The notes under the pieces are model-generated. The model saw nothing but the letters and a program-made list of their open reading frames with translations. It searched no databases and was not told where the DNA came from. Position numbers and translations under genes: made by a program. A stretch of DNA of 60,368 bases, filler included, from Squatina squatina (Eukaryota), in the NCBI GenBank assembly GCA_031763465.1. It is 4 parts of 4 records of this genome, joined end to end, with 100 filler letters (N's around TTAATTAATTAA, not from the genome) between each part and the next. Parts side by side here need not be neighbours in the genome. Positions count along the whole stretch, not along the records: positions 13,864 to 28,457 come from JARFOE010000115.1; positions 28,558 to 45,740 come from JARFOE010000046.1; 2 more parts are not named here. The stretch is one strand, 5' to 3'. Below, piece after piece: positions 25,166 to 38,700 of this stretch. Position 1 is the first letter of the stretch, and the number at the start of each line of letters is the position of its first letter.

Positions 25166-25449
25166 TAGCTTGCCAATGCTTTCGCCCATGTACCCGTATA
25201 CCACCAAGGAATCAGCCTATTTGAGAGGTAGTCGGGGGAAAAAGTAAAAGGACAAGGGAAAAGCGTAACCGTTTTAATACATTTCATTAGTTCTCTCCCT
25301 TGAAGGTACAACATCCCTTGCTCTCTTCTCATCCCTGCCCCGAGCCATTAATCCAGGTCGACCACTAGGCTTCCCCCGGAATTCAGCTTCTGTCTCTCCC
25401 ATCTCCGTATTCCCTAGTTAAAAGATTAAACTTGCTAGTGCTCATTGAT

Positions 25450-25683
25450 GGCCGTGCTTTCAGCTGCCTAGGCCCTCAGCTCTGGAATTCCCTCCCTAAA
25501 CCTCTCCGCCTCTCTATCTCTTTCCTCCTTTAAGATGCTCCTTAAAACTTACCTTTTTGACCAAGCTTTTGGACATCTGTCCTAAGATCTCTTTATGTGG
25601 CTTGGTGTTAAGTTTTGTTTGATAATGTTCCTATGAAGCGCCTTGGGATGTTTTACTACATTAAAAGTTGCAAGTTGTTGTTG
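25450..25683 (+). mobile_element. L2-type LINE 3' end
   Basis: ggccgtgctttcagctgcctaggccc...ctccctaaacctctccgcc...gttgttgttg tail. Confidence 0.7.
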
Positions 25684-25812
25684 TATAGCCACTGAATAAT
25701 ACTGCTACTTCCAAATAGGTGTTAGAATTGCAGCCATAGTATCCCAAACATCTGTATAAAAAGTGTGGACATTCGGGAGAGAAAAACTAGCTATAGAAAA
25801 TGTAATACTTAC

Positions 25813-25936
25813 TCTCAATCTGGGAGTGTAGGTCATTGACTATAACTTGCAGCTGGCCAATAGTCATGTCGCGCAAGTCTGTGGGTTTGAGGCTCCGCTT
25901 CATCAAACTTTCACTAATATGGGGCATGTGAGGCAA
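25813..25936 (-). CDS. SCHIP1: SCHIP1 exon
   Basis: AG/GTAAGT bounded; encodes [41 protein letters not shown]. Confidence 0.93.
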
Positions 25937-26339
25937 CTGGAAAAGAATACAATTTACTTAGTAACAACAGCCTAAAAAAGGGATTTCAATAAAATAAGTG
26001 AATTTTTTTTTCCACTGAAAACATTCTTTATGATGTCAAACAAATGTTAGGCCCTAATGTGCATATTAATGTGCGTAGATGTAGCTGTACTGGAACAGTT
26101 CGGTGAGAGATGCAGCTAGTTCTGAAGCACCCTGCTTCAGCACTACAGCTGAAANNNNNNNNNNNNNNNNNNNNNNNNNNNNNNNNNNNNNNNNNNNNNN
26201 NNNNNNNNNNNNNNNNNNNNNNNNNNNNNNNNNNNNNNNNNNNNNNNNNNNNNNATGTAATGTGTTTCTTAATGTAGCCATTACCACCTCTGATTGCCTT
26301 GCATCATCTCTTAATCTCTTCTGCCTTCCACTCAATCAC

Positions 26340-26510
26340 TGATCTTTCCCTTTGTTCTTTCCTCCCCCCTCCCCCTCAGGTGCTTGAAAATATCCTGCAT
26401 TTCTGGCTTTTTTCAGTTCTGACGAAGGGCCATCGACCCGAAATGTTAACTGTTTTTCTCTCCACAGATGCTGCCTGACCGGCTGAGTATTTCTAGTATT
26501 TTTCTTTATA
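26340..26510 (+). mobile_element. Penelope-like element terminus
   Basis: cagttctgacgaagggccatcgacccgaaatgttaactg...ctctccacagatgctgcctgacc; inverse copy at 1456-1662. Confidence 0.65.
26414..26452 (+). ncRNA. Minimal type I hammerhead ribozyme motif
   Basis: Stem I cagtt/aactg; core CTGACGA; stem II GGGCC-atc-GACCC (one mismatch); GAAA; minimal helix III (tg) followed by TT. Confidence 0.6.
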
Positions 26511-26800
26511 TCTTATATTACACAAATACATTGAGATAGCAAAGAGAAAACAACAATCAGTTATTTATTTCAAACACATAAGCAACATCACTGTATTTAA
26601 AATTGGTTGGTAAAGACAAAACAGCTTTAAACTGGTAACACAGTTGGACTAATTGATAAAGCTGCAGTAAGATACTGGGGTGGAAAATGTTCTCTGTATT
26701 GCAGATAACTTTCATCTGTACATAAAATCAAGGTCAGTTACTGTTAACACCAAAAGGTTTCTCGATTATTGCATTTTATTGTACATGAAAGAATACATAC

Positions 26801-26998
26801 CAAATCAGCCCCTGGGGATTTCTTTCTGTTCTGTTTTTCTACTTCAACTTGCATTTTAGCCATTGGCTTTGCCATAGCAAGAGCCATCTTAGCTTCAGCT
26901 TGCAATTTCTTCTGCCTTGTGAGAAAATCCATATCATCAAGTGACTCGGATTCTTCCTCGGTTGTGTCTCTGTCAGAGTATGACGAGCTCTGCTTGCT
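26801..26998 (-). CDS. SCHIP1: SCHIP1 exon
   Basis: Acceptor ttccctag, donor GTATG, 198 bp. Encodes [66 protein letters not shown]. Confidence 0.95.
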
Positions 26999-27804
26999 CT
27001 AGGGAAAGAGGTCACCTATTGTAATGGATTTCTAAAATGGAGAGCAGCTGCAGCAATCAAAGGTATCCCATTGAACAGAATCTGCCATAAGTAGCATCAA
27101 ATATGGGTTCTGTTAATCATTCATTCATTTGCACAAGCTAAATCCAATTTTTCTTGAAATTACCATACAATGAGCCTGACTAATGCTTCTCACCAATTAC
27201 AATCTTCAGCTTTTGCCGTTTCTGTTGCTTTCAATATGAATTATTATATGAACTTCATCGACACTAATCTAGCCATAGTTTGACGCAATTACAGAAGAAC
27301 TGGGTCAATTAACAACACCCAATGGGCAATTTACTCTTGACCTTTAGAAGCAAATTATTTCTACATGAATTGAGGTTTTACAACATTTGTNNNNNNNNNN
27401 AAACAGATAACCCACTAAAATTACAATGAACTATTTTCATATTTAATAATTCACATTTCTATAAAGCCTTTAATATAGAAAATATTCCAAGGTGATTCAC
27501 ACCGAGAGAAACTTTGAGGGAGAGCTTGGAGTTAACTGAAAGCATCATAAAGGCAGACAGAGGGATAATAAGGTGGTGAAGTTTAGAGAAGGATTTCGAG
27601 AGACTGCGGAAGGCTCTTTCACCACTGTTGGAGCGGAGGAAGGGGTGTTGGATCATATGCTAGAGTCAGAGGATTGGAGGGAACATGCAAGTCTGAAGGA
27701 GATTGCAAATATAGGGTAGGGTGAGGATGTGGATGAATTTGAACATGAGGATAAGGATTTTAAATTCAATGTGCTGGGGCCCAGGGAACATTTTTTTCCT
27801 TTTA

Positions 27805-28457
27805 AAACTCGTTCAGGGATGTGGACGTCACTGGCAAGGCCAGCATTTATTGCCCGTCCCTAACTGCCCTGGAGAAGGTGGTGGTGAGCCGCCGCCTTGA
27901 ACCGCTGCAATCCTTGTGGTGAAGGTACCCCCATAGCGCAGTTAGGGAGGGAGTTCCAGGAATTTGATCTAGCGACGATGAAGGAACGATGCTATATTTC
28001 CAGTCTCGATGATGTGTAACTTGGAGGGGAACTTGCAGATAATGGTGCTCCCATGTGCCTGCTATCCTTGGTGGTAGAGGTCGCGGGTTTGGGAGGTGCT
28101 GCCGAAGAAGCCATGCCGAGTTGCTGCAGAGCATCTTGTAGATGGTACACACTGTGCCGGTGGTGGAAGAGTGAATGTTGAAGGTGGTGGACGGCATGCC
28201 AATCAAGCAGGCTGTTTTGTCCTGGATGGTGTTGAGCTTCTTGAATGTTGTTGGAGCTGCACTAATCCAGGCAAGTGGAGAGTATTCCATCACACTCTGG
28301 GGAGTCAGGAGGTGAGACACTCGCTGTCGAAAACCCAGCCTCTGGCCTGCTCTTGTAGCCACAGTATTTATGTGACTGGTCCAGTTAAGTTTCTTGTCAA
28401 TGGTAACCTCCAAATAATGTTGATGGTGGGGGATTTGGCGATGGTAATATCGTTGAA
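27805..28457 (-). mobile_element. CR1/L2-group LINE 3' fragment
   Basis: Post-RT motifs VTIDKKLNWTSHINTVATRAGQRLG and VMEYSPLAWISAAPTT, frameshifted. Confidence 0.75.
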
Positions 28458-28557
28458 NNNNNNNNNNNNNNNNNNNNNNNNNNNNNNNNNNNNNNNNNNN
28501 NTTAATTAATTAANNNNNNNNNNNNNNNNNNNNNNNNNNNNNNNNNNNNNNNNNNNN
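28458..28557. other. Artificial scaffold linker
   Basis: 44 N + TTAATTAATTAA (28502-28513) + 44 N. Confidence 0.95.
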
Positions 28558-28679
28558 CCATTCCTGTGATTTGTCAGGCTAAGCAGGCATCTTTTCTGTG
28601 ACATGTGAATGACAACAAGAAATACCTCTGAAAAATATCCTCCCGATGCTTTAATCCCAACATAGTTAGAGTACATTCT

Positions 28680-29195
28680 TGCCGCCAAGTCAGAAGGCTG
28701 AGAGTTCAAGCCCCACACCAGGACTTGAGAACACAATAAACTTACACTTCATTACAGTGCTGAGGAGTGCTGCATCTCTCCTCCTTTAAGACACCCCTTA
28801 AAACCTTACTCTTTGGCCAAGCTTTTGGTCATGTGCCCTGCTTTCACCTTTTGCGGCTCAGCCTAAAATTGCTTTACAACGCTGCTGTGAAGCACCTTGG
28901 GACGTACGGTAGGCGCTATATAAATATAAATTGTAGTTCTTGCTGTTGAGATGCCGTACTTGAGATGACACAAGACCCGTTCCGCCTGTTCAAGTGGCTG
29001 CAAAAGAGCAGGCCTTGGCCAACAATCTTCTGTCAACTAACACAACCTGTTTAACTGATCATTTATCTCATTCGCTGTGTGTGGGAACATTTTGCACTGC
29101 AACAAAACAGTAATTCAAAAGGAATTCATTAGCTGCAAAGTGCTTTGGGAGGTTGAGGATGTGAACGGTGCAGTATGGATGCAGTTTTGTTTCTT
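28680..29195 (+). mobile_element. SacSINE1-like SINE interrupted by an L2 3' tail (about 28775-28948)
   Basis: B-box-like gagttcaagcccca and SINE body, with an inserted ctcctttaagac...ggcgctatataaat segment. Confidence 0.55.
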
Positions 29196-32100
29196 CCTAA
29201 TATATGCCATCATGAGAGAGTGTTCGTGTAATGAGAAGTCAGTTAAAACAGATATTTTATTTAACAAGTTACATTATTAATACAGACTCAATAAACAAAA
29301 TTGTAAACCTCCCTTTGTAAATACAGGAAACAAGTCTACAATAAATACAGGAAGATTTTATTTCTAAATATTTTAGAACAGTGGTTTAAATCTCCAACAC
29401 AGTTAAAAATAAAATTGAACCATTACAACTGGGGGAAAGTTAAATGTTTTCCAATTTTTAAAAANNNNNNNNNNNNNNNNNNNNNNNNNNNNNNNNNNNN
29501 NNNNNNNNNNNNNNNNNNNNNNNNNNNNNNNNNNNNNNNNNNNNNNNNNNNNNNNNNNNNNNNNTTTTCCAATTTTTAAAAAATGGTAGCATTTGAGTGG
29601 AAGTTCTGCAGCTTATATGTACAATGTTACCATATTTTACTTAATCAGAGCAAAATGCAAATAAATGAAATGGAGATGGTAAGTCATACTGTCAATGCTC
29701 TTAATTCTGTTCTACAAAAAGGTTCATCCTTGAATCCTAGAGTAGCTTTCTAACATCATTAAGTTCACAGAGCTCCAGTAGACATTTAAATGCAGTCAAT
29801 ATTAGTACAGAAATGGCAAATGCCGAGTATTTTTTTTTATATAAACAGAAATGATGATAACAGAATGCTTAACGTTATCTCTACAGAATAGACACAGAAA
29901 ATATAACCACGCTTTCCTGGACTAAATAGTTAAGCACACAACTCATGCAGGATTAAAAAACAGTTGCTCAAAGTCTTTGAAGCTCTTTGTTCATTTCAAA
30001 TAGCGCCAACGTGTCCGAACACTTGTTTTACGCCACAGGTTATGAGGTGCTACACTAAACAGGGTTTCCACACAAAAAGGACAAACATGCCATTCTAAAC
30101 ACTGACATTATTAATCGGAACACCCAAGCCCTACCTGACTTTAGGCAGCATTTGTTTTGCACTGGGACGTGATGAAACATTTTCAAAGGAAAATTTATAT
30201 ACATAATTGCTGTCCATTGTGTATAAACCTGCTAGCATATGTTGTTTCTGTTGATCAGCTGCCATTCATTAAAGCACTAAATTCTTGTATCTGCTGCAAA
30301 TACAGTACTGAATGTCGATTTCTGCCAGTGTGCATCAGTCTAAAAAGGAGGCTGCAGCAGTCAGGTTTATTGAGGTAAGGCTGGTAAATTAATGGCAGTG
30401 TTTAAAGAAAAGCTGCTATTTAACAAGGACTTACAGTGTTACACAATCAAAGTGTTTCATAGCATTAATTTAGAATTACAAACACATCAAAAATACAAAA
30501 AAGAAAATAAGTGTTGATATTAAATTTTCATTGAAGTCTTTTTTATGGTTAATCAAACAGCTCTTTTGAAAACAAAATTTAAAATATTGACCAGTTAACA
30601 ACTTGTTCACAGCAGAGTTCCACTGCATTGCAGACAAACCATTAAATTCATTTAATTATTACTGAGTTCAGGCTGTGCCTATAGGATAGAAAAAAAAATC
30701 TATAAAAGGCTATGAGGGAAAAAAAAATACTGGNNNNNNNNNNNNNNNNNNNNNNNNNNNNNNNNNNNNNNNNNNNNNNNNNNNNNNNNNNNNNNNNNNN
30801 NNNNNNNNNNNNNNNNNNNNNNNNNNNNNNNNNTATAGATAAGACAAAACATTGTACGAACCTCAGCAACACTAATATAAAAGAGAGATCATGGCAAGAA
30901 AACAAACTGTCGACTGAAGGAGCTGCTTGTGGTTAATTAATCCCCAGAGGGTGTTCTTTAAAGAAAGAAACAATGTTTATACTTGTTTGTTTATTTTCAT
31001 TAAACTTCATGATTGAATGATTTCATGCAAAATTGATTTTTAAATTGGAATAAAATGGATTTGCCTTCTCATCAATAATTTAACAATCAATGGAAAAATA
31101 TTCCAGATTTTTTTTTAAAGAAAATCATTTCTCCAGTTCTTCATGTTTGATCAAATATCAGTTTACTTTTTTCTGTAATAAGATTACAGCACTGCATCAG
31201 CATGTTTCTTATTAATTTGTATTGCATCACTGTCATTATTTTTACAAATATACCAGAAGCCACAATATGCTGACAACTTAAACGCACAAACTAGACTTTT
31301 ACTCTAATATTGTTGAAAACTGACAGCACATTTAATGGTTTCAGTCTTTAGCAAAGATCCATGTAGTTTCTATCAATACTCGGTTGAAGTTTGATATATT
31401 CTCTGAAGTGTAATTTTTACTTGTGGCACTACTATCAATGGCAGGCACACAGTTCTTGCATTATTGACAGCAGTTGCAAATATAAAATATGGACATGTGC
31501 AAATAATGAGTCCACATTAAAAAAAGAGCCCAAACACTAAAATTGCAGTGCAAAGCAAATCAGTGCATTTGACAACCTACACTCTCACTCAGATCACAAC
31601 CACAGAATCATACCTTATGCAACTGTAGAAAAACTGCAGGCAAACATTGCATTAGGATAGCACAGATGCCCATTGTTAATAAAGAACCAATAAGGAAGGC
31701 TGGTTTTAACTTTTGTTCACTGACTGCAACACAACGAATACTGTTTTGTCATAAACAACAGTTTTAAAGTACAGCAAGAGAATTTCTAGGCTGGAAGGTT
31801 TTGTTGTCGAAAGTCTTGAGAATCCCAACAGAAACTCTTCATGATTAGCAAAATTTGGAAAGAAAGGTGGAAAAAATGGGAACAGAATAGCAAAAACCCC
31901 TGAAGTTTTGTCTGATTTGGAACTCTGTTAGCAAACTTGGTGAATTCCGAGAGAAAAATCTGATGGCTGCGATTTTTCCGGGAGAGATACAACAGAAATC
32001 AACCATTGATTAAAAGGGTAATCCAAATAAAACTATGCAAGAGAATGTCTGTGCAGAAACGTAGCTCAGTGAGTCTCGGATTTCCAGAATCCATGAAGGT

Positions 32101-32712
32101 CTCTAGTTCCTTATCCTCTGACCCGAATAAAAAAAAGTTCAGTCCATTTTGCTGGATCGTGTGTTAAATATCATTATTAATTTCTCCCTGGGTCTATAGA
32201 CATTTGACTTATTAGAAGTAGGAAATAAACATAAAACATCAGCTATATCATGATATTTCAAAACTCAATTTTCTCGTAAAACAAATGGCTAAATGTCTAT
32301 AAACTGAAATGGTGCATAGTTTGTGAAAATGACTATTACCAGTAGGATTTCTGAAGTGTGCAAAATTGATTTGACAAAAAAAAGAGAAATAGAAATAAGC
32401 TATGGCTCAAAACGCAAAAAACATCCAGCCTTTGTTTAATAATTGTTAAAATGATTAACCATATTCAAGGCCAGAAGATCTGCAATTAAAGGTCACATTA
32501 AACACTATTTACAAAACTCCATGTACAAAATTATTTTACCTATGTTAAGTTGTAGGTAGACTGCTGGTTATTAGAAATACTGTCCTTTCCGTTAGTACGA
32601 GAATACCATTTCAGTAGAAGGAAAACGAAATGGAATCTCCGACAACACTGATGGTGCCTGTTCCAGTAGTTATCTGTCCCTTAGTTTACTACAGCTCCAT
32701 TAAGATCCATGT

Positions 32713-32796
32713 TCAGGACAGTGACTGCTGACATTTAGTGGGACTGGGAGGACGACGGGCAGCAGCACTCTGTTCCGTTCTAAAGCTGTAATCATA
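32713..32796 (-). CDS. Probable terminal coding exon of an unidentified gene
   Basis: Acceptor ttttttccccag; YDYSFRTEQSAAARRPPSPTKCQQSLS* if phase 0; followed by about 3.4 kb of repeat-poor AT-rich sequence. Confidence 0.6.
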   Translation of the reverse strand, partial: YDYSFRTEQSAAARRPPSPTKCQQSLS

Positions 32797-35264
32797 CTGG
32801 GGAAAAAACAAAACTCATGAAAAAAACACACAATTTTTCAAAATTTTCTATTCATAAATCGAATTGAAAGATGAGGTGAGGAAAATCACAAAATATTCAT
32901 CACAAATGATAAAAGTCAGCAAATCTGGTTTAACAGGTTAATTATATATATTTTTTAAATTCTTACGCAAAATATGAGATTTGCTGTTCCATTGATAAAT
33001 AGATTGCATTATGAGGAAGACGATGGTTTTTAGGAATGATTACAACACTGAACTTAGGGCAGCTTTAAGGTGATCTTATTGGTTTATTATAACTCTAAAT
33101 TGAATAGATAAATTTGGGCAATGTTCAATATTGATACATGCTCTAGAGCGAGGGGACATGGATTCAAGCTTAAGACAGTAAAAAGGTGATATCTTAACTC
33201 TGAAGCTAAGGTATATCTTTTCATACAGAGGGTGGTGAATAGGTATAATAAGACACTTGGAGAGACAGTGCAAGCAGACATAATAAATTGAAAGAGGATG
33301 ATGCATATGTTTTTGGCAGACAAGACTATTGAGAGATAAACTGAGGTAGGAAGTCTGTAACCTTTGGGAAATAGGACTGCATAGGAGCAGAAGGGCCCAT
33401 CTTCCTAAGGATACTGTGACATCTCGCATACTGGTGATGGGGAATAGTCAGTGAATTACATCTGGGAGCTTGCTTGATTGCCTCAGGGAGCTGAGAGGAA
33501 TTTCTTGAGTTTGAAGAAACTGGCCAGGTTCCTCTCTCCTGACCCCTTCCTTTCCTCTCCTCTTTCCACCCCACATCCGCCCCCCCCACCGTTCCTCCAA
33601 AGAGTTCTTATTACCCACAACAGGGGTACAATATTTGCATTGGTGAGCTTTGTGATCTTTTGCTCTTTTCGTATGTAAAGGGCAGCGTTGGTTCAAAGTG
33701 AGTTAAAAACAGGTCCTGTATAGTTCAACCCTCAGTAATACTCAAGAGTAATTTACAGATTAAATAGTTTGATTAGACTAGACAGTTTACTTAAATTAAT
33801 GATTCCTCTTCATCTGTAAACAGGTTATTACTTGACTCGTGATCAGCTTGCTCTGCTGAGTTCTTTGTTTAAACGTTGATTGTAAATGCAGGTAATTGTT
33901 TGTAGAATAGTGCCAGCCCATTGATAACACTAATATACAAAAGATGGTGGATAACCTATTTCAATGCTAAATAAGCTCATGAATGTTCTTCCAGTCAGGT
34001 GATGACATTCATATGCTACCAAATCATACACTTACAATGTAAACTCACTGACCATACAAGGATTGGAGATACTCTGAATAGTAGTAATTCACTGAGGGAT
34101 TATGTCCCCCATTGAGGGAGCGGGTGAAGAAGGGTAACTGGAGAAAACAGAATGCGGGTTGAAAGCTATTATTTCAGCTGCCAGAGCCAAATGTGAATCC
34201 AGTCCTGACTGGCAGAAGAAAAATCTTTTCTTTTTCCACCCCCCCTGGTGGTTGCAACTGAAATGACTTTGGGCAATACAATTCCTAGTGGGTGTAAGCC
34301 CACAAGAGAAAACTGGGTCGTAATTTATGACTGAAGTGGCAGCCTCAATTGGCTGTTTTGGGAAATGAAAGTGTCACACTGATGCAGTGAGGTGCTTTAT
34401 TGAGGTTGGGTTAACATACATTGTAAGAGCACTGTAGAGAGAGCTTGACCTGGTATGTAATCTGTACTGCATCTGATCTAGGAATGCTTTTTGCAACCGC
34501 AAATATTCTAATTCCCAGCACTTACATTCCAGATTTTGAGAGCACAAGATTCATAAAATTACATACATTCAAAAAAAAGCTACTTGGCCTGTAATCAAAC
34601 ATTGTCTGAGTTATGTGGCTGTCTATATTGCAATGCATCTGACAGAAATATGCTCTGCCGTTAACATCAAATATACACATCAAGGTTTATAAAGATGTGA
34701 CTCAAGATTAAGTGGTTTAAGAAAATGTGGACAAGTTTATACCAATCCGCCTACGTGTTTCATTATTGTAAAGGCAATGCGGGCGTAGGTGGAAGCGAGT
34801 CAAAAGGAAGATACATATGCCTGGGGTTCAGATAACTCCGTTCTGCTTTAGGACGTTATCTACACCTCGCAACCAAGTTACTGCCTTCTACCATGGACAC
34901 TGGACATGATTTGTAGACCGAGTAGAAATCAAATCCCTTTCACAGCTCAAGCTGCTGTGCAAATAAATCATCCGCTGGCTTTTTAAAGCACTTGACCTTT
35001 GGGGTTTGGATGTCCCACAGGTCACAGCTCACGGGGTCAATCAGAGGCTAGGGCAGGACTTCTGTGAGACCTTTCGAGTGACTCTGAAACTTCCTTCTAG
35101 GGAAAGAGGGCATTTCTTTACCCGTGGCATTCTTTGAATTTTCCAGATTGGGGGTGGGACACAGNNNNNNNNNNNNNNNNNNNNNNNNNNNNNNNNNNNN
35201 NNNNNNNNNNNNNNNNNNNNNNNNNNNNNNNNNNNNNNNNNNNNNNNNNNNNNNNNNNNNNNNN

Positions 35265-35780
35265 TTCCAAAATGAACAACTTCACATTTTCCCACATTAT
35301 ACTCCATTTGCCAACTTTTTGCCCACTCACTTAACCTATCAATGTCTCTCTGTAAACTGTTTGTATCCTCCTCACAGCTTGCCTTCCCACCTACGTTTGT
35401 AGCATCCGCAAATCTGGCTACAGTACATTTACTTTGTTCCTCTAAATCATTAATATATGTTGTAAACAGCTGCGGTCCCAGCACTGATCCCTGTGGCACC
35501 CCACTGGTTACAGGTTGCCAACCTGAAAATGATCCCCTTATCCCTATCCGCTGCTTCCTGCTAGTTAACCAATCCTCTACCCATGCTAATATATTACCTC
35601 CAACACCATGGGCTCTTATCTTGCAAAGTAACCTTTTGTGTGGCACCTTGTCGATGCCTTTTGAAAATCCAAATATATTACATCTACTGGTTCCCATCTA
35701 TCCACTCTGGTTGAGACTTCCTCAAAGATCTCTAATAAATTTGTCAGACATGATTTCTCCTTCATGAAGCCATACTGATG
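35265..35780 (-). mobile_element. CR1 LINE reverse-transcriptase fragment
   Basis: DKVPHKRLL...VTSGVPQGSVLGPQLFTTYINDL...RFADAT; the FADD motif is mutated. Confidence 0.9.
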
Positions 35781-38700
35781 CATCTTAGCTTGCAATTCTA
35801 ATTACTGATGAATATTAAATGAAAGGTTATTGCAAATAATCCTATTCCCCACTCCACCCACTTCCAAATGCTATTTGAACACACAGCCAGTGTCCTGTCT
35901 TGCTGAGGTTAGCTATATTAGGAAAATGAGTAGAGCTTCATTTAAAAAAAAAATGCATGAACATGTTAAAAGCTATAAAAATATTTCACAAAACTGTTTT
36001 TGTCCCCCCAGTGAAAGCATCCTTGAGGTAAAGGAATACTATGAAAAAAAGTGTCTTGCAAACATTGTAGAAAAACCAAGCAGGAGAGATTGAGCATTTC
36101 TGCCATTCTACCCTCACGCACTCTATTTTGCTCTGCTCTAATAATGCCAACAATTATTTGGCAGTTATTGTTCACTCCCTATAGCACCATACAATTAACC
36201 CCCTCTCCCCAATCCACCCCTTTGGTGAGGCTAAACTGCTTCAACTGCAGAGATCTATTATGGCACAGCCAATGCCATTCCTCTATTAGCCCACTAGGAG
36301 GCACTGTAGTTCAATGCAGGAAGATTAGTGTTCAGGAGCCCTCCCAGCTGATGACCCAGCCAGGGCAAAACACATCTTTCAGGGAAAGCCTAAGCATGAA
36401 TATCACCTGCAATAAAATGTTAAATGCAATGGTGATTGAATTTGAACAAAGTTTTTTTAAAAAAGGTAATGAAAGTAAGAAGGTTAATGGTGGGTATTAC
36501 TCTGTCATCATAATTCATTTTGCTGTTCTAGACTTGATGATTCACTGCAGTCTATTATGAATTAATGTCTGTTCTGCACACCGAACCAGAAGAAATTAAC
36601 TGGTCTAGAATATACCAGATATTGTACCAACAATGCTATTACTGTGTTTTTCTCATTAGAAACAGCTTTATAACCACTTTATGCTTACAGTGCGAGTGGA
36701 TTATGAGTTTTTAAAAGTGTAAAAGAAAGGTAATGCTTATGCATAACGCACTTTGTAAAAATTAGGCACACGGTCCTTTGAGCAATTCTTAAGCATCTTT
36801 CTTGCACTGCTGCAGTACAAGAACAAAACACTAGGTGCTGCTGAAAGACCATGCTTCGAAATGATAACATTTAAAAACTGCACTTTCTGAACCTGTAAAT
36901 TGTAAAGCCTGAACCACCACTTCCTCAAAAGTAAATTAACAGTAACATTAACAGCACATGGCAAACACAGGGCATGCTCATTACTTCAGAAAGCAGATAA
37001 TTGCTTACAAAAATACAAACAAAAGTATAATTATCATGATGGATTGCACAAAGCAGAGGCCCCATCACGAAAACCATGCATCAATGTCTGCTGGTTAAAA
37101 AATAATGAAGAAACATTAGAATATATGCACAGAATGAAAGCAAAGATGATCAAAAATTCTTAATTTCCCAGCTTTTTTTATGGTTGACAAGCATGTCTTC
37201 ATCAATTTACCTCCTACTTCATGATGTCACAGCTAACAGCTTCAGCCTCAAGCTACGCAAGAAGCAGGACTCATTTTTCAAAATACAAATACATAGAGAT
37301 GTCAACTAAAAATGTTTACTAATTAACACTTAAAAAGACACAAATTAGATATGCGTGACTACGAGCAATTATAATCAAGAAGTGTTTCTGTAGTCATTTG
37401 GGAANNNNNNNNNNNNNNNNNNNNNNNNNNNNNNNNNNNNNNNNNNNNNNNNNNNNNNNNNNNNNNNNNNNNNNNNNNNNNNNNNNNNNNNNNNNNNNNN
37501 NNNNNNNNNNNNNNNNNNNNNNNNNNNNNNNNNNNNNNNNNNNNNNNNNNNNNNNNNNNNNNNNNNNNNNNNNNNNNNNNNNNNNNNNNNNNNNNNNNNN
37601 NNNNNNNNNNNNNNNNNNNNNNNNNNNNNNNNNNNNNNNNNNNNNNNNNNNNNNNNNNNNNNNNNNNNNNNNNNNNNNNNNNNNNNNNNNNNNNNNNNNN
37701 NNNNNNNNNNNNNNNNNNNNNNNNNNNNNNNNNNNNNNNNNNNNNNNNNNNNNNNNNNNNNNNNNNNNNNNNNNNNNNNNNNNNNNNNNNNNNNNNNNNN
37801 NNNNNNNNNNNNNNNNNNNNNNNNNNNNNNNNNNNNNNNNNNNNNNNNNNNNNNNNNNNNNNNNNNNNNNNNNNNNNNNNNNNNNNNNNNNNNNNNNNNN
37901 NNNNNNNNNNNNNNNNNNNNNNNNNNNNNNNNNNNNNNNNNNNNNNNNNNNNNNNNNNNNNNNNNNNNNNNNNNNNNNNNNNNNNNNNNNNNNNNNNNNN
38001 NNNNNNNNNNNNNNNNNNNNNNNNNNNNNNNNNNNNNNNNNNNNNNNNNNNNNNNNNNNNNNNNNNNNNNNNNNNNNNNNNNNNNNNNNNNNNNNNNNNN
38101 NNNNNNNNNNNNNNNNNNNNNNNNNNNNNNNNNNNNNNNNNNNNNNNNNNNNNNNNNNNNNNNNNNNNNNNNNNNNNNNNNNNNNNNNNNNNNNTCCATG
38201 ATTTATACTTAATTTGGTTCTTTGCCGAATCAGGCTTTTTCAACATAATGTACTCGTCACTGTTTCATAAATAAGACAAACTCTGTTGTAGAGCAAGTTT
38301 CACCAATTTTACATCTACACTGTCAATTAGTTTTCTTTTCATTTAAAAAAATCATTTTAAAAATTGCAATCAATGTATCCACATAATCTAAACTACTTCC
38401 TTTATGTTTGCAGGGATTTCAAAATATTAATGATCACTCATGGTATTCTGTGCCACTCAGGCAATCATACCATGCCATCTGCAAATGCACAAATTAACAT
38501 TTAACAAACTACTTTTAGCATTTAACAAGACCTGCAATGTTGCTGAGCTGAAACCCATTCCTAAATTTACAAACAATGCTAGCTCCAGAATTAATCTGCT
38601 TCTGTTGCATAAAACATTCAACATTTTAACTATGACTTGATTTATGGGGAAAATATCACCGTATCATTTTTTTCCCAGGAAAAATGTACTTGGAAATGGT

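Noticed and set aside
29447-29583. Direct repeat flanking a gap
   Set aside because: The same ttttccaattttt...aaaaa on both sides indicates unmerged contig overlap.
38195-38259. Possible minus-strand exon (DEYIMLKKPDSAKNQIKYKSW)
   Set aside because: Weak acceptor, cut by a gap and no recognisable homology.
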